32,000 bases of DNA from positions 1,606,838-1,638,837 of the forward strand of contig NC_000909.1 of the NCBI RefSeq assembly GCF_000091665.1, in the 5' to 3' direction. The stretch comes from Methanocaldococcus jannaschii DSM 2661. GTDB lineage: Archaea; AGJL01; Methanococci; Methanococcales; Methanocaldococcaceae. Both the position numbers and the translations under genes were made by a program. The notes under the pieces were generated by a model. The model saw only the letters and a program-made list of their open reading frames with translations. It was not told the origin of the DNA and did not search any database. Shown here piece after piece: positions 26,653 through 32,000 of this stretch (position 1 is the stretch's first letter; every line of letters begins with the position of its first letter).

Positions 26653-28938
26653 GTGGCTGAAATTATGACAGCGTTAATAATCTGTGAAAAACCAAGTGTT
26701 GCCAAAAAGATAGCAAACGCTTTAGGAAAAGCTAAGAAAAAAAGCATTGATGGAGTTCCATACTATGAATTAGAAAGAGATGGGAAAAAAATTATAGTAG
26801 CAAGTGCTGTTGGGCATCTATTTACCTTAGTTGAAAAAGAGAATAAAGAATTTGGCTTTTATCCAGTATTTGATATAAAATGGGTGCCTGCAAGTGTTGA
26901 TAAGGGAAAAGAGTATGTAAATAAATACATAAAGGCATTAAAAAAACTATCAAAAGATGCAGATGAGTTCTATATAGCAACAGATTGGGACATTGAAGGG
27001 GAGCTAATAGGTTATCACGCATTAAAATATTGTTGTGGAAGAGAAAAGGCAAAGAGAATGAGATTCTCATCATTAACAAAAAAAGAGATAGTTAGAGCAT
27101 TTGAAAATCCGGATGAGATTGATTACGGCTTAGTTGATGCAGGAGAGAGCAGGCATATTTTAGATTGGTATTTTGGTATAAACCTATCGAGAGCTTTGAT
27201 GAACGCCATAAGGGCAGTGAATAGATGGAAAACGATGAGTGTTGGAAGAGTTCAAGGTCCTGCATTAGCTTTTTTAACTGAAAGAGAATTGGAAATTAAA
27301 AAATTTATCCCAAAGCCGTATTGGGTTATTGAGGCACTATTAAAAGATAATTTAAAGGCAATACACGAGAAAGAGAAATTTTGGAATGAAAAAGAGGCAA
27401 AAAATGTTTATGAAAAAATAAAAGATGAAAAATCTGCCAAAGTTGTTGAAATAAAGAAAACAAAAAGAAAGTTAAAGCCACTTCCACCTTTTGACTTAGG
27501 AACTCTACAGAGAGAGGCATATAGTTATTTTAAAATATCTCCAAAGGAAACGCAAGAAATTGCCCAAAAGCTTTATGAGAATGCTCTAATTAGCTATCCG
27601 AGAACATCCAGCCAAAAACTTCCAAAAGATAGAAAGTATTTGGAAGATATTCTAAATATAATAAAAAATCATCCAGTTTATGGAAAATGGGCAGAGAGAA
27701 TTTTAAAAGAGAATTTAAAACCAGTTGAAGGAAAGAAAGAAGACCCTGCACATCCAGCTATACACATTGTAGATATTCCAAAGGAAGAACTTTCAGAAAA
27801 AGAGAAGGAGATTTATGATTTAATTGCAAGAAGAACTTTAGCTGCTTTTTGGGATAATGCAGAGAGGGAATATTTAAATGTAAAAATTGACATTAAAGGA
27901 GAGAAGTTTAAGTTATCTGGTTCAAGGACAGTAAAAGAAGGATGGCATGAAATTTATTACTTCCCAAAATTTGATGAGATTGAATTGCCCCCATTAAAGA
28001 AAAATGACATAATTAAAGTTGAAAAGATAACAATAACAAGAAAAGAAACGCAACCACCAAAAAGATACACTGTTGCAAGCATAATTAAGGAATTAGAGAA
28101 AAGAGGGCTGGGAACAAAAGCCACTAGGGCAGAGATCATAGACAAATTAATAAAAAGGGGCTATGTCATTGATGATGGTTCTTTAAAAGTAACTGACTTA
28201 GGAATTTCAGTAATCGAGACATTAAAAAGATTCTGCCCAGAAATTATCGATGAAAAGATGACAAGGGATTTAGAGGAAAAGTTGGAGAAAATACAGTTTA
28301 GAAAAATTAAAAAGGATGATGTTTTAGATGAGGCTGAAAAAAGATTAAGAAAAATATTGGAAGAATTTAAAAAGAAAGAGGAAGATATTGGAATCTACCT
28401 TATCAAAAACTTAGATGCCACAAATAAAAAAGCAAAAATTGTTGGAAAATGTCCTAAATGTGGAGGAGACTTAATTTTAATAAGACATAAAAAGGGCAGG
28501 TTTGTTGGCTGCTCTAACTATCCTGAATGTGATGTAAAATACTCCTTACCAGATAAAGGTAGGATAAAAATTCCAAACAAAGTTTGTGATGCATGTAAAT
28601 CACCTATTTTAAAAATAGGAGATAGAGAGATATGCATAAATCCAGAATGTCCTTTAAAACAAGTAGAGGTTAAAGAAGAAGATAGGATTTGCCCAAAGTG
28701 CGGAGCTAAGCTAATTTTAAAGAAAGGAGTTTATGGAGCATTTTATGGTTGTTCAAACTATCCAAAGTGTAAATATACAGAACCAATAAATAAAAAAGAA
28801 GTTGTAGGAAAATGCCCTAAATGTGGAGGAGATTTAGTTGTTAGAGAAGGTAAGTTTGGAAAGTTTGTTGGTTGCTCTAACTATCCAAAGTGTAGATATA
28901 CTGAAAAACTAAAACTAAATGAAAAAGAAGAAAAATAA
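26653..28938 (+). CDS. topA: DNA topoisomerase I (type IA) with C-terminal zinc ribbons
   Basis: Toprim start ALIICEKPSVAKKIA. Catalytic Tyr region ISYPRTSSQ. Four C-terminal C4 ribbons (three CPKCGx type plus one degenerate). The start is GTG 26653 or ATG 26665. Confidence 0.92.
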   Translation: MAEIMTALIICEKPSVAKKIANALGKAKKKSIDGVPYYELERDGKKIIVASAVGHLFTLVEKENKEFGFYPVFDIKWVPASVDKGKEYVNKYIKALKKLSKDADEFYIATDWDIEGELIGYHALKYCCGREKAKRMRFSSLTKKEIVRAFENPDEIDYGLVDAGESRHILDWYFGINLSRALMNAIRAVNRWKTMSVGRVQGPALAFLTERELEIKKFIPKPYWVIEALLKDNLKAIHEKEKFWNEKEAKNVYEKIKDEKSAKVVEIKKTKRKLKPLPPFDLGTLQREAYSYFKISPKETQEIAQKLYENALISYPRTSSQKLPKDRKYLEDILNIIKNHPVYGKWAERILKENLKPVEGKKEDPAHPAIHIVDIPKEELSEKEKEIYDLIARRTLAAFWDNAEREYLNVKIDIKGEKFKLSGSRTVKEGWHEIYYFPKFDEIELPPLKKNDIIKVEKITITRKETQPPKRYTVASIIKELEKRGLGTKATRAEIIDKLIKRGYVIDDGSLKVTDLGISVIETLKRFCPEIIDEKMTRDLEEKLEKIQFRKIKKDDVLDEAEKRLRKILEEFKKKEEDIGIYLIKNLDATNKKAKIVGKCPKCGGDLILIRHKKGRFVGCSNYPECDVKYSLPDKGRIKIPNKVCDACKSPILKIGDREICINPECPLKQVEVKEEDRICPKCGAKLILKKGVYGAFYGCSNYPKCKYTEPINKKEVVGKCPKCGGDLVVREGKFGKFVGCSNYPKCRYTEKLKLNEKEEK

Positions 28939-28953
28939 AATGGTGAATTAGCT

Positions 28954-30111
28954 ATGACTACAAAGCTATATGTTGATTTTGGAGGATATTCTGCTATAGA
29001 AAAAGGAAATTTAATCATTCCAAGGGATAATATTTTAAATAAAGAGGACTTTGACAGTATTGAGATTGGAGAAGTTGTTGATATCTACTCAAAGAGAGGA
29101 AAATTTTTAGGGAGAGGTTTTAAAAATCCAAAAGAAGTAAGAATAATGACTTTGAGAAAAGAAGATTTGGATGAAAACTACATAAGAGAGAAGATAATTA
29201 AAGCAAATGAATATAGACTAAAATTAGGATTTAAAGATACTTATAGAATGGTTTATACTCAGTCAGATTGGTTAAATGGCTTAGTTATTGATAAATACAA
29301 TGACATAGCTACAGTTCAGATATTTAACTATGGTATTGAGAAGATGAAGGATGTTGTTGTTGAAACTCTTTTAGATTTAGGCATTGACAGCATATATGAA
29401 AAAAGTTCTGGAAGGAATAGAAAGAGAGCTGGATTACCAGAAGTAGAAGGAATATTGGCTGGAGAGAAAACAGAAACTATCATTCAAGAGGGAGAGGCAA
29501 AATTTAAAGTTACATTTGATGGGCAGAAAACTGGCTTTTTCTTAGACCAGAGAGAAAATAGGTTAGAGCTTGAGAAGTTTATAAAAGAGGGAGATAGGGT
29601 TTTGGATATATGTTGTTACACTGGTGGATTTTCAGTTCATGCAGCGATAAGAGGAGCTGAGGTTGTAGGAGTGGATTTATCAAAAAAGGCATTAAAATTG
29701 GCAGAAGAAAACATGGAGTTAAACAATATTCCAAAAGATAGATATGAATTTATTGAGGGGAATGCCTTTAAAGTTATGGAGGAGTTTATAGAGGATGGGG
29801 AGAAGTTTGATGTTGTTATATTAGACCCTCCAGCTTTTGCTCAATCAAAGAAAGCTTTAAAATCTGCTATAAAAGGATATCACATGCTAAATAGATTTGG
29901 AGCTAAATTAGCTGATAGGTTGTTGGTTACATGCTCTTGCTCTCAACCCTTAGAACCAGACGCTTTTAAAGCTTTGGTTATAGACGCTTGCTTAAAGGCA
30001 AAAAAATGGGCTAAGATTATAAAGTATGGTTCTCAAAGCCCAGACCATCCAATAACTTCTAAAGGGACTGAGTATCTAAAATGCTTATTTTTAAGTGTAG
30101 AAGAAATTTAA
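28954..30111 (+). CDS. PUA-domain class I SAM-dependent (RlmI-like) RNA methyltransferase, paralogue 2
   Basis: Same architecture as 23423-24580. The central ~106 aa are about 90% identical (11 substitutions over the 318-nt block) while the termini are diverged. SD GGTGA. Confidence 0.85.
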   Translation: MTTKLYVDFGGYSAIEKGNLIIPRDNILNKEDFDSIEIGEVVDIYSKRGKFLGRGFKNPKEVRIMTLRKEDLDENYIREKIIKANEYRLKLGFKDTYRMVYTQSDWLNGLVIDKYNDIATVQIFNYGIEKMKDVVVETLLDLGIDSIYEKSSGRNRKRAGLPEVEGILAGEKTETIIQEGEAKFKVTFDGQKTGFFLDQRENRLELEKFIKEGDRVLDICCYTGGFSVHAAIRGAEVVGVDLSKKALKLAEENMELNNIPKDRYEFIEGNAFKVMEEFIEDGEKFDVVILDPPAFAQSKKALKSAIKGYHMLNRFGAKLADRLLVTCSCSQPLEPDAFKALVIDACLKAKKWAKIIKYGSQSPDHPITSKGTEYLKCLFLSVEEI

Positions 30112-30129
30112 ATTACTAACTAAAGGTTT

Positions 30130-30158
30130 CAGGTGAAAAAATGAGATATGTAGCTTAC
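30130..30158 (+). repeat. duplicated copy of the SD + first six codons of the downstream OB-fold gene
   Basis: 27/29 identical to 30243-30271 at an offset of 113 nt. It keeps AGGTGA and ATG (30141). Confidence 0.85.
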
Positions 30159-30242
30159 CATAGGGCTCCGCCTTATTGGGATACCCGACGCCCATCAAGT
30201 TGGGGCTTTCAGCCCCAATTAATGTCCCACTTATATATAAAA
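30159..30242. repeat. GC-rich two-hairpin element (copy F; same subfamily as copy D)
   Basis: ATAGGGC-tcc-GCCTTAT (30160-30176) and TTGGGGC-tttca-GCCCCAA (30200-30218). It ends in TTATATATAAAA. It is open in two reading frames. Confidence 0.75.
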
Positions 30243-30253
30243 CAGGTGAAAAA

Positions 30254-30853
30254 ATGAGATATGTTGCTTATAAAATCTATCCAGAAGAGTTTTTAAATAA
30301 TGAGGTTGTTGATAACGCCCTAATTATTGAGGGAAGAAAAGTTAGGAGAGTTAGAATTTTAGGAAAAGTTGAGAATATAAACGTTGGAAACATCATATCC
30401 TTTTACGTGGATGGAGTTAATGTCAGATACTTTGAAGAAAAGCCAGTGTATATTGAAGAGGGAGACATAGTTGATGTCATTGGCAGACCAAGAACTTATG
30501 ATGGAGAGAAATATATCATGGCTGAGATTATTAGAAAGAGAGATGAAAGATGGATAAAACTTAGAGATTTAGAAATTAAAAAGACAAGGAAATATTTATT
30601 AGAGAGGGCTGAACTTTATGAAGAGGAGAATGAGGAGATGAGTTTAGAGGAGGAAGTATATACTGAAATTTTAAATTCTGATGTCATAAAAGATAAGATT
30701 TTGGCTATTATTGAAAATGTTGGTGAAATTACTTATGAAGAACTTGCTGAAAAAATTAACATCCCAGAAGAGGATTTAGAAAAATATTTATCTGAGTTGA
30801 AAGAATCAGGAGACATATTCGAACCAAGACCTGGTGTTTATAAGGTATTATAA
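30254..30853 (+). CDS. OB-fold nucleic-acid-binding protein with C-terminal winged helix (RPA32/Stn1-like architecture)
   Basis: AGGTGA (30244-30249) lies before ATG 30254. OB-like core [24 protein letters not shown]...[24 protein letters not shown], then an acidic linker and a wHTH-like tail [33 protein letters not shown]. The ORF-track start at 30176 (TTG) lies inside the repeat element. Confidence 0.5.
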   Translation: MRYVAYKIYPEEFLNNEVVDNALIIEGRKVRRVRILGKVENINVGNIISFYVDGVNVRYFEEKPVYIEEGDIVDVIGRPRTYDGEKYIMAEIIRKRDERWIKLRDLEIKKTRKYLLERAELYEEENEEMSLEEEVYTEILNSDVIKDKILAIIENVGEITYEELAEKINIPEEDLEKYLSELKESGDIFEPRPGVYKVL

Positions 30854-30870
30854 CCTTTGGAGGTGGAAGA

Positions 30871-31422
30871 TTGTTATTAGAAGAAACATTAAAATCATGC
30901 CCAATTGTTAAAAGAGGGGAGTATCATTACTTTATTCATCCAATAAGTGACGGAGTTCCAGTTGTTGAGCCAAAGTTATTGAGAGAGGTAGCAACAAGAA
31001 TAATAAAGATAGGAGACTTTGAAGGAGCTACCAAATTAGTTACAGCTGAAGCAATGGGTATTCCTTTGGTAACTACCCTCTCTTTATACACAGATATACC
31101 TTACGTGATTATGAGGAAAAGAGAATATAAATTACCAGGAGAGATTCCTGTCTTTCAATCTACTGGATATAGCAAAGGGCAACTCTATCTAAACGGAATA
31201 GAGAAGGGAGATAAAGTTGTTATTATAGATGATGTCATCTCAACTGGGGGAACAATGATTGCAATAATAGATGCTTTAAAAAGGGCTGGAGCAGAGATAA
31301 AAGACATTATTTGCGTTATTGAAAGAGGAGAAGGGAAAAAGATAGTTGAAGAAAAAACCGGATATAAGATAAAAACCTTGGTTAAAATTGATGTTGTAGA
31401 TGGAAAGGTTGTTATTTTATAA
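30871..31422 (+). CDS. hpt: hypoxanthine/guanine phosphoribosyltransferase (archaeal Hpt, APRT-like fold)
   Basis: TTG start preceded by GGAGGTGG (30859-30866). PRPP loop [13 protein letters not shown]. The 183-aa sequence [30 protein letters not shown] matches what I recall for the archaeal Hpt family. Confidence 0.85.
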   Translation: MLLEETLKSCPIVKRGEYHYFIHPISDGVPVVEPKLLREVATRIIKIGDFEGATKLVTAEAMGIPLVTTLSLYTDIPYVIMRKREYKLPGEIPVFQSTGYSKGQLYLNGIEKGDKVVIIDDVISTGGTMIAIIDALKRAGAEIKDIICVIERGEGKKIVEEKTGYKIKTLVKIDVVDGKVVIL

Positions 31423-31818
31423 TTAAGGATGGGGAATATGAAAAAGTCCTTAAAATCTCTATTAAAATCATTTTTTGAAAAACTGATAAAGAAAGCTTTT
31501 GAAGTAAAATCAATCTGTGAGAAAAATCCTAATCTATATAACAATGGACTTTTATTTGTGTATTATTTTAGACACTTTTAGAGATGAGGCTATAAGCTTT
31601 GGTTTTGATATTGAAGAACTATCTCTTAATATTGATTTTGAGGAGGAATTAATGGAGCTGTTAAAAAAGAGATTTTAAAGTTCCCAAAAACAGAGGTTGA
31701 TAATGAATCATTAACTTATTATTTAAGAGATTGTTTTATAATTTTAGAGGACTATGTTGATGATTATTTAGATGAGGGTGATGAATTCAGTAGGGGAGTT
31801 TTAGATGCATTTAGGGAG

Positions 31819-32000
31819 ATGATTATTTCATTTGAGAAATTAGGAGAAAAATATAAAATAATTGATTTAAATTTAAATTCAATAAAGCAAAAGATTGGTG
31901 ATAGCTTGAATATAAAAGAGATTAAGCCAACAAAAATCATCTGTGTAGGTTTAAACTACATAGACCACGCAAAAGAGCTTAATATGGAAATTCCAGAGTA
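31819..32000 (+). CDS. fumarylacetoacetate hydrolase (FAH) family protein, N-terminal part (runs off window end)
   Basis: The frame contains [25 protein letters not shown], the FAH-family signature start. The first ATG in frame is 31819, but the frame is open for 59 further codons upstream (see findings). Confidence 0.7.
   Translation, partial: MIISFEKLGEKYKIIDLNLNSIKQKIGDSLNIKEIKPTKIICVGLNYIDHAKELNMEIPE

Noticed and set aside
28441-28910. Intragenic DNA repeats in topA (GGAAAATGYCCTAAATGTGGAGGAGA at about 28444 and 28807, plus related blocks).
   Set aside because: They encode the tandem C4 zinc-ribbon modules (GKCPKCGGDL...GCSNYPxC) that are a normal feature of type IA topoisomerase C-termini.
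484-28938. Possible inteins in PolD, SMC or TopA, which are common in this genus.
   Set aside because: Protein lengths are those of intein-free versions. No Cys/Ser...HN-Cys/Ser/Thr splice-junction blocks or LAGLIDADG motifs interrupt the conserved motifs.
14840-30242. Whether the repeated hairpin elements constitute a CRISPR array.
   Set aside because: The copies are kilobases apart, non-identical, of variable length and in both orientations. There are no regularly spaced direct repeats and no cas genes.
30176-30253. TTG-initiated 26-codon extension of the OB-fold gene (GYPTPIKLGLSAPINVPLIYKTGEK).
   Set aside because: It lies entirely inside repeat element F. The duplicated SD+ATG arrangement points to 30254 as the real start. 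I kept it as an observation about the element's coding potential.
31185-31544. 119-aa minus-strand ORF overlapping hpt.
   Set aside because: It is antisense to a gene with clear PRPP-binding motifs, and its translation is low complexity.

Overview
AT-rich archaeal chromosomal segment. From the protein sequences (memory only, no search run) I recognise it as Methanocaldococcus jannaschii or a very close relative, roughly the MJ1629-MJ1656 neighbourhood. It holds about 27 protein genes on both strands, almost all housekeeping: PolD large subunit, a short alpha-glucan phosphorylase homologue, two radical-SAM proteins (one QueE), an RCK-DHH phosphoesterase, MptE, Mch, a COG1373-type ATPase, a PP-loop ATPase, TrmY, an HTH-PhoU regulator, a V4R protein overlapping SMC, a DUF996-like membrane protein, an HTH-PRTase fusion, the extended archaeal histone and PurQ. 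Two inverted RlmI-like methyltransferase paralogues bracket NMD3-like, DUF62 and topoisomerase I genes, followed by an OB-fold/wHTH protein, Hpt and the start of a FAH-family gene. I saw no rRNA, tRNA or CRISPR array. The accessory content has two parts. (i) One TnpB-only IS200/IS605-type element lies directly upstream of mch; its third RuvC acidic residue appears lost and its GC-rich 3' end looks like an omega/reRNA scaffold. (ii) At least six GC-rich multi-hairpin intergenic elements (probably the MJRE-type palindromic repeats reported for this genome) sit at gene boundaries, and five of the six are flanked by direct repeats of the adjacent sequence (8-51 nt); in two cases the duplicated gene ends differ only at synonymous sites. 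Other leads are an in-phase A_AAA_AAG slippery heptamer upstream of the FAH gene, loss of the PLP lysine in the phosphorylase homologue, and a gene-conversion-like mosaic between the inverted methyltransferase paralogues. I do not see a convincing novel multi-gene (e.g. defence) system. The repeat-element/gene-end duplication pattern and the TnpB locus are the best candidates for new biology.
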